A DNA stretch of 56,795 bases from an uncultured Alphaproteobacteria bacterium (lineage in GTDB: Bacteria > Pseudomonadota > Alphaproteobacteria > Rs-D84): contig CALDAH010000011.1 in the NCBI GenBank assembly GCA_937903135.1, forward strand, positions 1 to 56,795. Reading direction: 5' to 3'. A program made the position numbers and the translations under genes. The notes under the pieces were generated by a model that ran no database searches, was not told the origin of the DNA, and saw nothing but the letters and a program-made list of their open reading frames with translations. Position 1 is the stretch's first letter; each line of letters starts with the position of its first letter. This document shows positions 37,137-45,431 of the stretch, in pieces.

Positions 37137-37843
37137 AGCAGATGACATTAATGCAGCACTTTTCTGAACTGCGTCGTCGTATCTTATGGACATTGCTAAT
37201 TTTTCTGATCGCATTTGTCGCGGGGTGGTATATATCGCCCGCGCTGCAGGAATTTTTAACCGCGCCCCTGTTGGCGGTATGGGACGAGGGAACGCTGCTA
37301 TATACGGGGCTAACCGATGGGTTGGTAATTCGTTTATCGCTTGCGGCGTTGTTCGCGCTGTTGATTACAATGCCGGCGGCGTTGTGGCATATATGGGCAT
37401 TTGTCGCGCCCGGGTTGCGGGCAGGGGAACGTAATTTTATTTGGCCAATTTTGGTTATGTCCCCCGTTTTATTTTTAACCGGTGCAGGTTTTGCATTTTA
37501 TGTTTTATTCCCATTTGCATTCAGGTTCTTTATTGAATTAAACCAGTCTGCGCCCGTTCCGGCCGTGTTACTGCCCGCCAGTCGTGATTATTTACGGTTT
37601 GCAATCGGCCTGTTAAAGGTTTTTGGAATCGCGTTTCAGCTGCCGCTGGTATTGGTTTTATTAAATCGGATTGGTCTATTGCCGCGCAGGCAGGTCGTAA
37701 AAATGCGTCGCTATGCAATTGTTTTTATTGTAATTATTGCCGCCGTTTTAACGCCCCCGGATGTTGTATCCCAGATTTTATTAGCCGTCCCAATGTGGGT
37801 TTTATTCGAGGCGAGTATATTATTTATGACCCGCGAGGAATAG
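37133..37843 (+). CDS. tatC: Twin-arginine translocase subunit TatC
   Basis: MTLMQHFSELRRRIL and a 6-TM TatC pattern. Confidence 0.92.
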   Translation: MKQMTLMQHFSELRRRILWTLLIFLIAFVAGWYISPALQEFLTAPLLAVWDEGTLLYTGLTDGLVIRLSLAALFALLITMPAALWHIWAFVAPGLRAGERNFIWPILVMSPVLFLTGAGFAFYVLFPFAFRFFIELNQSAPVPAVLLPASRDYLRFAIGLLKVFGIAFQLPLVLVLLNRIGLLPRRQVVKMRRYAIVFIVIIAAVLTPPDVVSQILLAVPMWVLFEASILFMTREE

Positions 37844-37859
37844 TTTATTTTAATCTGAT

Positions 37860-37872
37860 TTTATGATATAAT
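37860..37872 (+). promoter_or_regulatory. Copy 3 of the recurrent 13-mer TTTATGATATAAT
   Basis: Exact 13-mer ending 2 nt before the TTG at 37874 (in-frame GTG at 37880) of the LysM/M23 gene. Confidence 0.35.
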
Positions 37873-37873
37873 T

Positions 37874-39298
37874 TTGAATGTGAGAAAATTCATTATATGT
37901 TTTTTCGGCATAGGCGTATTTGCCATAACGGCATGCGATTTACAGCCAAAAATATTATCACTGCCAGATTCGGTCGGTGAATTTATTTCCGCGCGTTACC
38001 CGGCACTGTTGGCAGATCCCGATACCCAGCCCGAGATTTATAATTCCGCCGCCGCGGACTATGGCGTTTATGCATCACCGGAATTATACGGCGCGCCCGA
38101 TAATGACGATTATGTTTTATATTCAGATGTTAAGGACTATACGCCGCCTGCGGATGCCGCGGGCGCAGGTGAATATGGCGACCCGACCAGTTCCACCGAT
38201 GCGGCGGCGACGGATAATACGCAATCAGATGTTGCGATTAACGACACGCCCCTGGCAGCAGAGTATGCAAGTGATAATGACTATCTAAATGTACCGATGT
38301 ACGGCGGCGGAACAGTTACAAATAATACAGAGGTAACGGTCGCGGCCGGTGATACGCTTTATTCGTTGGCCAAACGTTATAATACAACCGTGGATGATTT
38401 AGCAAAAATGAATAATCTATCCGCGCCGTATTCTTTGTCCGTTGGCCAAAAAATAAAAGTAGGGCAGCAGACCAAAATCATCCCGCCCCAGACGGTAACT
38501 GTTGCCCGCCGGGATTCCAGCGCGGCCCATGCCGCGGTGCGCGTTAAACTAACCGATATAACGGTTGCGCCCGGTGATACGCTGTATTCTATATCGCGAA
38601 AATATTCTGTTCCTGTAAATGATTTGGCGGTTATGAATAAATTGGCGACGCCGTTTACGTTGTCGGTCGGGCAAAAGCTGAAAGTGCCCGATTTATCCGC
38701 CCCGTCGGTCGCCGCGCCCCGTCGCGACCAGCGCCCGGCGTCTGTGGCGCGGCCCGCGTCGGGTGCGTCGGGGCGCGTAAATGCTGCAACGCAGACTGTG
38801 CCGGCGAAGCAACCGACGGCGACAAAACCGGTTTCGGGCAAGGGCGTCGCCACAACAACCGTGAAAAAAGCCAATAAACCCGCCCCGGCCAAGAAGCCTG
38901 CGGTAATCAGTGCGCGGTCGTCATCAAAATTCTCGTGGCCGGTGCGCGGCACGATACTGTCGCATTACGGGGCAAAATCGGGTGGATTGTTTAATGACGG
39001 TATAAACATCGCCGCCACGCGGGGAACAGCGGTAAAGGCCGCCGAAAACGGTGTCGTTGCGTATGCCGGGAACGAGGTTAAGGGGATGGGAAATCTGATT
39101 ATAATTCAGCATTCGGGCGGATGGATGACGGTTTATGCGCATATGGATTCTATGACCGTTCGTCGCGGGGCAAAAGTTTCGGTCGGATCAAAAATCGGGA
39201 CGGTGGGTGCAACCGGTAAGGTGGATCGGCCACAGCTGCATTTTGAAATACGCAAGGGGACAAAGGCGTATAACCCGTCGTCGTATTTAAAAAAGTAA
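37874..39298 (+). CDS. LysM (x2) + M23 peptidase lipoprotein (NlpD-like)
   Basis: Lipobox ITAC. Two LysM repeats (V/TVA.GDTLYS.A/S.KY...V.DLA.MN.L...L.VGQK.KV). M23 core NLIIIQHSGGWMTVYAHM. The start is uncertain (TTG 37874 or GTG 37880). Confidence 0.88.
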   Translation: MNVRKFIICFFGIGVFAITACDLQPKILSLPDSVGEFISARYPALLADPDTQPEIYNSAAADYGVYASPELYGAPDNDDYVLYSDVKDYTPPADAAGAGEYGDPTSSTDAAATDNTQSDVAINDTPLAAEYASDNDYLNVPMYGGGTVTNNTEVTVAAGDTLYSLAKRYNTTVDDLAKMNNLSAPYSLSVGQKIKVGQQTKIIPPQTVTVARRDSSAAHAAVRVKLTDITVAPGDTLYSISRKYSVPVNDLAVMNKLATPFTLSVGQKLKVPDLSAPSVAAPRRDQRPASVARPASGASGRVNAATQTVPAKQPTATKPVSGKGVATTTVKKANKPAPAKKPAVISARSSSKFSWPVRGTILSHYGAKSGGLFNDGINIAATRGTAVKAAENGVVAYAGNEVKGMGNLIIIQHSGGWMTVYAHMDSMTVRRGAKVSVGSKIGTVGATGKVDRPQLHFEIRKGTKAYNPSSYLKK

Positions 39299-39358
39299 TT
39301 TATTTATAAAAAACCTTAATCGGGCGCGTGATTTGCCGGGCAGGGAATTAATAAATAC

Positions 39359-39386
39359 TTGCAAACGGCCGGAAAAGGTATATAAT
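39359..39386 (+). promoter_or_regulatory. Sigma70-like promoter candidate for tRNA-Lys
   Basis: TTGCAA (39359-39364), 16-nt spacer, TATAAT (39381-39386), 30 nt before the tRNA 5' end. Confidence 0.5.
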
Positions 39387-39416
39387 CGTTACGTTTTCTA
39401 CCCGCGTGGTGGATAT

Positions 39417-39492
39417 GGATGCGTAGCTCAGTTGGTAGAGCAACTGACTCTTAATCAGTGGGTCCAGGGTTCGAGTCCCTGCGCGTCCACCA
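39417..39492 (+). tRNA. tRNA-Lys (anticodon CUU), CCA encoded
   Basis: Cloverleaf folded by hand: acceptor GGATGCG/CGCGTCC, D arm GCTC..GAGC, anticodon arm ACTGA-CTCTTAA-TCAGT, T arm CAGGG-TTCGAGT-CCCTG. Confidence 0.93.
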
Positions 39493-39500
39493 AAAATTTA

Positions 39501-39526
39501 AACCACCCGGGCGGGTGGTTTTTTAT
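39501..39526. terminator. Bidirectional terminator (tRNA-Lys / SDR gene)
   Basis: Stem aaccacccg/cgggtggtt followed by T6 and preceded by an A-run. Confidence 0.7.
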
Positions 39527-39532
39527 ATCCGA

Positions 39533-40420
39533 TTACATTGTGTGGTCGCCGCCGGTGACCCCGTATATTTCGGCCGTGGTATAGCTGGATTCATCCGATG
39601 CAAGTAAAACGTATACCCCGGCAAGCTCTGCCGGTTGTCCGGCCCGACCGATCGGGGTATCCATTCCGAATCTGGGGATTGTATTTGTTGCCCGGCCGCC
39701 CGCTACCTGCAGGGCGGTCCATATCGGGCCGGGGGCAACGCCGTTTACGCGTATCCCCTTTGGGGCCAGCTGTTTTGCCAATGCTTTGGTAAATGCCATA
39801 ATCGCAGCTTTGCTGGCGGCATAGTCCAATAGGCTTTTGCCCGGCTGGTATGCCTGAATTGATGTCGTTGTTATAATTGATGCCCCCGGGGTTAGTATAG
39901 GCATTGCCGCGCGAGTCATCCAAAACATAGAAAACAGATTTATTGCAAATGTTTTCTCGAGCTGTTCGGTATCCAGGGTTTCTATGTCGTCGCTGTATTG
40001 CTGATATCCAGCGTTTAGAACCAAAATATCTATGCCGCCCATTAATTTTGCCGCGCTGGTAATAAGTTTTTTACAAAACGATTCACGTGATATATCGCCC
40101 GGGATTAGGAATGCGCGCTGTCCGGCGGATTCTATTAGCCCGCGGACTTCGTCGGCATCGGATTGTTCCGCCGGCAGGTATGATATTGCCACGTCTGCAC
40201 CTTCGCGCGCAAATGCAATTGCCACGGCGCGGCCAATTCCCGAATCGCCCCCGGTTATTAATGCCCTGCGGCCGGCCAGGCGATTATGCCCGATATATGT
40301 ATCTTCGCCGCAATCGGGTTTTGGGGTCATATCACCATCCAGACCGGGGTATTTCTGATGCTGGGGTGGGTATTTTTTATGATAGTATTTTGTCGTCGGG
40401 TTAATATTTGGTTTTTTCAT
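39533..40420 (-). CDS. SDR-family oxidoreductase (YghA/YdaD general-stress type)
   Basis: [15 protein letters not shown] (TGxxxGxG), NAG, and YAASKAA (YxxxK). Confidence 0.88.
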   Translation of the reverse strand: MKKPNINPTTKYYHKKYPPQHQKYPGLDGDMTPKPDCGEDTYIGHNRLAGRRALITGGDSGIGRAVAIAFAREGADVAISYLPAEQSDADEVRGLIESAGQRAFLIPGDISRESFCKKLITSAAKLMGGIDILVLNAGYQQYSDDIETLDTEQLEKTFAINLFSMFWMTRAAMPILTPGASIITTTSIQAYQPGKSLLDYAASKAAIMAFTKALAKQLAPKGIRVNGVAPGPIWTALQVAGGRATNTIPRFGMDTPIGRAGQPAELAGVYVLLASDESSYTTAEIYGVTGGDHTM

Positions 40421-40621
40421 ATTTATATCTCTTGTTAATAATTATCCGATTCGAATTGTATATACCCCGCAGTTTCCTGGCCATAGGATTAAAAAACAGT
40501 TTATTCGTTTAATGGTGTGCAAGCGGAATCCATACCTATGCAAAGATTGAAAATGCTTTGATAGAATAAAATCGGTGACATGAAAACTTATATATAACCA
40601 AAAACTAAAAAAGGAGAAGAA

Positions 40622-41233
40622 ATGAAAAAAATAGTTGTATCAACACTGGCTGTGTTGATGGCATGCCCTGCATTTGCAGCGATGGGAGATAACGGTGGCA
40701 GCAGCTGGCAGTTATGGGGATTAGATCCGTATATCGGCCTGCGTGGTGGTGCGTCATATAACAACCTGAACTATAAATACAATGGTCATAAAGAATCTAT
40801 GACTGATGTAATCTTTCAGGGTCGTGCCGCGTTGGGTTTAGAAGTATGTGATACAGTCCGTTCTGAAATTGAATATTCATATTTTAGCAAGGCGAAAGAT
40901 CACGCAGACTTCGGCGATGCCGGCAGAATTGATGTAAAATCAAAAATGCAGACATTGTTGTTTAATACATATATGGAATTCGGTGGATACCAGGTTGTTC
41001 GTCCGTTCGTCGGCGTTGGTGCGGGTGTTGCCTTTACCGATGTTGAACGCAAAGGTGATTTGATTGGTAAACACAGCGATGATAAAACCCGTTTTTCAGC
41101 AATGGGAACAGTGGGTGTAACATTTGATATGGATTATTTCGCGGTTGATTTAGCGGCCCGTTATAACTATATCGACATTCAATCTGGCCTGCATAACTTT
41201 GGCGGTGATCTGGGTATCAGATTCATGTTCTAA
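40622..41233 (+). CDS. Small outer-membrane beta-barrel protein (OmpA-like 8-strand / Opa-type)
   Basis: Signal peptide (AFA-AM), alternating beta-strand pattern, C-terminal GGDLGIRFMF. Confidence 0.65.
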   Translation: MKKIVVSTLAVLMACPAFAAMGDNGGSSWQLWGLDPYIGLRGGASYNNLNYKYNGHKESMTDVIFQGRAALGLEVCDTVRSEIEYSYFSKAKDHADFGDAGRIDVKSKMQTLLFNTYMEFGGYQVVRPFVGVGAGVAFTDVERKGDLIGKHSDDKTRFSAMGTVGVTFDMDYFAVDLAARYNYIDIQSGLHNFGGDLGIRFMF

Positions 41234-41247
41234 TAGGTGTTGGGCAA

Positions 41248-41280
41248 ATAAACCCGCCGCAGGGCGGGTTTATTATTTTA
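41248..41280 (+). terminator. Rho-independent terminator
   Basis: 11-bp stem ataaacccgcc/ggcgggtttat with a 4-nt loop, then a T-rich tail. Confidence 0.7.
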
Positions 41281-41337
41281 TAAATATTGTGCGGCGATTC
41301 GTTGTGCGAATAATTTAAATACAAAAACGAATCGGTT

Positions 41338-41368
41338 TAAAAAAATCCCCGCGATAATCGCGGGGGAA
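41338..41368 (-). terminator. Rho-independent terminator for the Dps-like gene
   Basis: 9-bp stem tccccgcga/tcgcgggga. The A-run on the + strand gives a U-run on the - strand. Confidence 0.7.
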
Positions 41369-41371
41369 TTT

Positions 41372-41728
41372 TTATGCTAATTTGGCCAGGGCAAGTTTCC
41401 CTAGGAAGCCTTCTTCTATGGCGCTTAGCAGTGATGCTATCCCTTCGTTGATATCGTCATCGTCCTGAATTTCTTCGAGATGGGTAATTATCGATTCGCA
41501 TGATTTTACTAAATCACGGTTTACGAGTTTCGGATTTAATAAATCTGCCTTGAATATTTTTTTATTATCGTCGGCCATGAAATAGCTTTCGGCGATACTG
41601 TCAACCCAGGTGTCTATGTTTTCAGTTAGGCGGTCAAACAATAAATGCGGGGCGTATTGATTCGTGCTCCAGTGATTGATTTTACAGGCGTATTTAAACG
41701 CAATTAAGTGCTGCATTAGTTCGTACAT
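41372..41728 (-). CDS. Short Dps-like ferritin-fold protein (118 aa), tentative
   Basis: INHWSTNQYAPHLLFDRL...DSIAES resembles the Dps HW...H...D-x3-E ferroxidase pattern. Start set at MYELMQ, which has GGAG upstream. Confidence 0.45.
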   Translation of the reverse strand: MYELMQHLIAFKYACKINHWSTNQYAPHLLFDRLTENIDTWVDSIAESYFMADDNKKIFKADLLNPKLVNRDLVKSCESIITHLEEIQDDDDINEGIASLLSAIEEGFLGKLALAKLA

Positions 41729-41787
41729 GCTTTTCTCCTTTTGGTAAAATAAGCATATCACAGTGTTAAATTTCATGATAGCAGATA

Positions 41788-41837
41788 GAATCCCTATGCG
41801 TTCTATGCGCATGATTTCTGCGGATTCCTAGGGATTC
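41788..41837. promoter_or_regulatory. Inverted repeat in a divergent promoter region (candidate operator)
   Basis: gaatcccta (41788-41796) and tagggattc (41829-41837) are perfect reverse complements. An extra GGATTC lies at 41822-41827 and the palindrome atgcgcat lies between them. Confidence 0.4.
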
Positions 41838-41907
41838 AAACCTGACGAAAATTGTAAAAAAATATTATAGAATGTATTTCGTAACCAAAAGGAAAAAGGA
41901 GACCTTT

Positions 41908-42432
41908 ATGAAAAACTTAATGAAAAAAATGTTCTTGTTATCATCCATCTTAGGGGTGGCTGTTGTATTGTCCGGATGTGCCGGTTGCGGACATAAAAAA
42001 GTAAAAGAAAAACCAGTTGCCGAGGCTGTAGTATTCTATCAGACATATGAAAACGCAGACGTTAGCCGCGTTCAGGCAAAAATGTATACACACAGCAGCC
42101 GTGGCGGTGAATCCAGAATGGGTCATATTAAATTCTATGAAACAGATGCTGGCCTGAAAATGGAAGTTGATTTGAAAGATCTGCGCCCGGGCGTAACATA
42201 TACAACACGCTTGTATCAGTGCGGCAGCTGCAATAACAACAGCACATGCTGCGATAAATATAGCATGAACGTTGATTTACCACAGCTGCGTATTAACCAG
42301 CCGGGCAGACTGGAAGAATCATTTATCATCCGTGGTTTAACCGCTGCACAGTTAAATAACGCAAAGATTTATCTGGAACGCGATGGCGGCTATAAAGCGG
42401 CATGGGGAACACTGGAAAAAACGATGTTCTAA
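41908..42432 (+). CDS. Lipoprotein with a degenerate Cu,Zn-superoxide-dismutase (SodC)-like fold lacking the His ligands
   Basis: Lipobox LSGC. GHIKFYETDAGLKMEVDLKDLRPG-VTYTTRLYQCGSC aligns by eye with SodC G.V.ITETDKGLEF..DLK.LPPG-EHGFHIHAKGSC. DLPQLRIN aligns with DLPALVVN. Confidence 0.55.
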   Translation: MKNLMKKMFLLSSILGVAVVLSGCAGCGHKKVKEKPVAEAVVFYQTYENADVSRVQAKMYTHSSRGGESRMGHIKFYETDAGLKMEVDLKDLRPGVTYTTRLYQCGSCNNNSTCCDKYSMNVDLPQLRINQPGRLEESFIIRGLTAAQLNNAKIYLERDGGYKAAWGTLEKTMF

Positions 42433-42462
42433 GATAAAAAATTAATCGGCAAAAATACAAAA

Positions 42463-42497
42463 AAACACCCCTGGGGACGCCCGGGGTGTTTTTTTAT
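42463..42497 (+). terminator. Rho-independent terminator
   Basis: Stem acacccc/ggggtgt followed by T7. Confidence 0.65.
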
Positions 42498-42567
42498 AAA
42501 ATTTAAATTTTCCCCTTTAAGAAAATATTCTTATATGCTAATAATTTTTTCATGGGGGAAAAAGGGG

Positions 42568-44109
42568 ATGAGAATAACAGTTTTATTAACGTTTATTTTC
42601 ATTTGCTTATGTTCTGTTTGTCATACTGCAGCAAATGCTGCCGGTGTTATTACAATAACGAATGATACCGTTGTGAATTCAGATGTAAATTTGTATGCAA
42701 AAAGAATTGATGTTACAAAATCTGTCTGGATTACAAATATGGGCGTAATTGATTCAAGTTTTTATATCGCAGATAATGTTAATCTCTATATTCAAAATAG
42801 TGGAATTATTAATGGTGAATTTTACCTGGGCGATGGTGCAACAATAACTCAGGTAATATCGTCCCGGGATGATATAACATATATAGATACCGATGCGCCA
42901 TGTGATATTTTGATATATAACGCGACTCTTACACTCGGGGAAATTACAAGTATAGGGTCAGGGCATATCTCTGTTCAAAATTCACAGATTATTTTAGACG
43001 GCCCACGCGGGCAGGTACTGCGAAAGTTCAGAATGGCAATGCCCGAGATTGAACTATTAGGGGACGTAAGTATTATTTTACCCGATGAGTTTAAATTTGG
43101 ATCTGCGCCAATTTTGTATAATGTTTCAACCAGCGGCGATTTACATATTCATACCGTTAGCAATAATCCGCTGTTTACCATAACGTCAGAGTTAATTGAC
43201 GGAAATCTTTATCTAAAATATATTCGTGAAACGGACTATGGTAAGATTTTAAAAAATAATTCAGGGAAATTTTTAAATAATCTGCGGGAAATCTCGTCCG
43301 GTGACCCTTTGATAACAGCTCTTGATTCCGCGCCGGATATGGATGCGCTGAATAAAATAATGTCCCGGTCGGTCAGGCTTAATCCGATCAATCTAATGCG
43401 GCCGATTCGCGCAATTAATCAGTATATGATATCAGGGATGCGTTTGCCGGATGCCGGGGCGAATATATCATCGTTTTATTTGCTGGAAAACGATTTTTAC
43501 GGATATGGTATGATTGCGTCCGGGGCAACGACAATAGATGATCGCTGGAATATTTCATTTGCAGGTTATGTCCATGCAATTGAATACAGTGATGATATTA
43601 ATGATTTCGCGGCACTGTCATATGGCGGTCGGTTCACATCAGATTACCGGTTAAATAATATTTATTCCATCCGTTCCGTCGCGGTAGCAACGTTTAGTAA
43701 GTTCAGATCCGGTATGGTACTGGACGGGGACGGGACGGCATACAACCCGTCGGGCCGGTCGGCGTATGCTGTATCGGATATTCGTGCGCGATTATATAAT
43801 GATAATCATATAAACGTCGGATCGTATTTCGGTATTGGTGCGGACTGGGCACAGGTTTTATCCGACGCGGATTTAGATATAACCGGTCGCGCGGGCATAG
43901 AGGCGATGTTTAACACAGAAATTGACGGCGTTCGTTATAACTATGAACTGCGCGGTGGCGTCGGAACAAATATGGACATAGATGCAACCGCGGCAATATC
44001 GTTTAAATCTGCGATGGATAATATCGGCGGGGATTTCGCGTTAAGCTATATCCGATATGATAATATCAACGCTGTAATCGCCAGAATTGGATTTACGATT
44101 AATTTTTAA
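42568..44109 (+). CDS. Autotransporter-like outer-membrane protein
   Basis: Signal peptide. N-terminal repetitive beta-helix-like region (ITNDTVVNSDVNLY..., IQNSGIINGEFYLG) and a C-terminal barrel ending IGFTINF. Start set at MRITVLL. Confidence 0.5.
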   Translation: MRITVLLTFIFICLCSVCHTAANAAGVITITNDTVVNSDVNLYAKRIDVTKSVWITNMGVIDSSFYIADNVNLYIQNSGIINGEFYLGDGATITQVISSRDDITYIDTDAPCDILIYNATLTLGEITSIGSGHISVQNSQIILDGPRGQVLRKFRMAMPEIELLGDVSIILPDEFKFGSAPILYNVSTSGDLHIHTVSNNPLFTITSELIDGNLYLKYIRETDYGKILKNNSGKFLNNLREISSGDPLITALDSAPDMDALNKIMSRSVRLNPINLMRPIRAINQYMISGMRLPDAGANISSFYLLENDFYGYGMIASGATTIDDRWNISFAGYVHAIEYSDDINDFAALSYGGRFTSDYRLNNIYSIRSVAVATFSKFRSGMVLDGDGTAYNPSGRSAYAVSDIRARLYNDNHINVGSYFGIGADWAQVLSDADLDITGRAGIEAMFNTEIDGVRYNYELRGGVGTNMDIDATAAISFKSAMDNIGGDFALSYIRYDNINAVIARIGFTINF

Positions 44110-45408
44110 CTATTTTACCAATTCCCCGCGCAACGACGCTTTGTTCGCGGCGGTTATGCGAATATCGGCCAATACTGGGGCGTCGTCGTGTGCCGGAACG
44201 ATGCATTGCTGCATATATGGGGTGCGATAAACCAGATGGTTGCCGGTTTTATCCGCACCTTCGCACAGGCATGTCATCGTTTTACCAATACACGATTCGT
44301 TAAATTCACGCTGTATGTCATTTAAAAACGCATCCAGCGCGGCCAGGCGCTGCGCCTTGACCGATTCCGGTATCTGATCTTTCATCAGTGCGGCGGCGGT
44401 ATGTGGACGCGGTGAATATTTAAATGAATAAGAATTAATATAGCGAACGCGGCGAACGATATCCATCGTCTGATTAAAATCTGAATCGGTTTCGCCCGGG
44501 AATCCAACGATAAAGTCACTGGATATCTGAATATCTGGTCGGGCGGCCTTTAATTTGTCAACTATATCTATATATAGATCCAGAGAATAGGGGCGGTTCA
44601 TTCTTGTCAATACATCGGGCGATCCGCTTTGTATAGGCAGATTAAGAAACGGGAGTAATTTTTCCTCTGATTTAAATAAATCAATTAAATCGTCCGTCAT
44701 TTCGGTCGGATAGCTGGATGTAAATCTTATCCGTTGAATTTCAGGCAACTGTGCCGCTTCACGGATTAAATGGGACAGGCGATATACCGTCCCGTTCGGG
44801 GCGGTATATTTATAACCGTTAACGTTTTGCCCCAGAAAGCATATCTCTATTGCGCCGGTTCGTGCGGCATGTTCGCAATCGCGAATAACATCGCTAAATG
44901 GCCGGGACAGTTCACGGCCGCGTGTATACGGAACAATGCAATATGTACAGCAGTGATTACAGCCTTCCTGGATTGGAATATATGCAACGGCCGGGGATTT
45001 TTCCATCTGCGGCAGTTCATCAAATTTTTCCAGCCCCCCAAGGTCAATATTTAATAACCGTGCGTCGGGGTTATTTAATATCTCGGGCAGTTTATGATAG
45101 CTTTGCGGCCCTAATACAAAATTTAATTCCGGTATCCGGCGAAATGCGGTTGCGCCGGCCTCGCGCGCGACGCAGCCGACGATTCCGAACATCGCGTTGG
45201 GACGTTTCGCACGGCGTACACGCCCAAGGGCCGAAAAAACCTTATTAGTGGCCTTTTCGCGAACCGCACATGTATTCAGAATTATTAAATCCGCATCAGG
45301 GATTTTATCCGTTGCCTGCCAGCCATGTGATTCCAGCATAGCAGCGATTCGCTGTCCGTCGTATACATTCATCTGACAGCCAAATGTTTGAATAAAGAAT
45401 TTTTTCAT
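44110..45408 (-). CDS. miaB: tRNA-i6A37 methylthiotransferase MiaB
   Basis: FIQTFGCQMNVYD, the radical-SAM motif CNHCCTYC, and a TRAM C-terminus. Confidence 0.92.
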   Translation of the reverse strand: MKKFFIQTFGCQMNVYDGQRIAAMLESHGWQATDKIPDADLIILNTCAVREKATNKVFSALGRVRRAKRPNAMFGIVGCVAREAGATAFRRIPELNFVLGPQSYHKLPEILNNPDARLLNIDLGGLEKFDELPQMEKSPAVAYIPIQEGCNHCCTYCIVPYTRGRELSRPFSDVIRDCEHAARTGAIEICFLGQNVNGYKYTAPNGTVYRLSHLIREAAQLPEIQRIRFTSSYPTEMTDDLIDLFKSEEKLLPFLNLPIQSGSPDVLTRMNRPYSLDLYIDIVDKLKAARPDIQISSDFIVGFPGETDSDFNQTMDIVRRVRYINSYSFKYSPRPHTAAALMKDQIPESVKAQRLAALDAFLNDIQREFNESCIGKTMTCLCEGADKTGNHLVYRTPYMQQCIVPAHDDAPVLADIRITAANKASLRGELVK

Positions 45409-45431
45409 GTCGTTTTTATCTGTCTTAGCGG

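Noticed and set aside
44105-44115. The abutting convergent stop codons of the autotransporter gene and miaB (no spacer), and the 4-nt convergent overlap of lnt and the RHH gene at 17835-17838, considered as regulatory features.
   Set aside because: They are consistent with general genome compaction seen throughout the window, and there is no specific structure to support a function.
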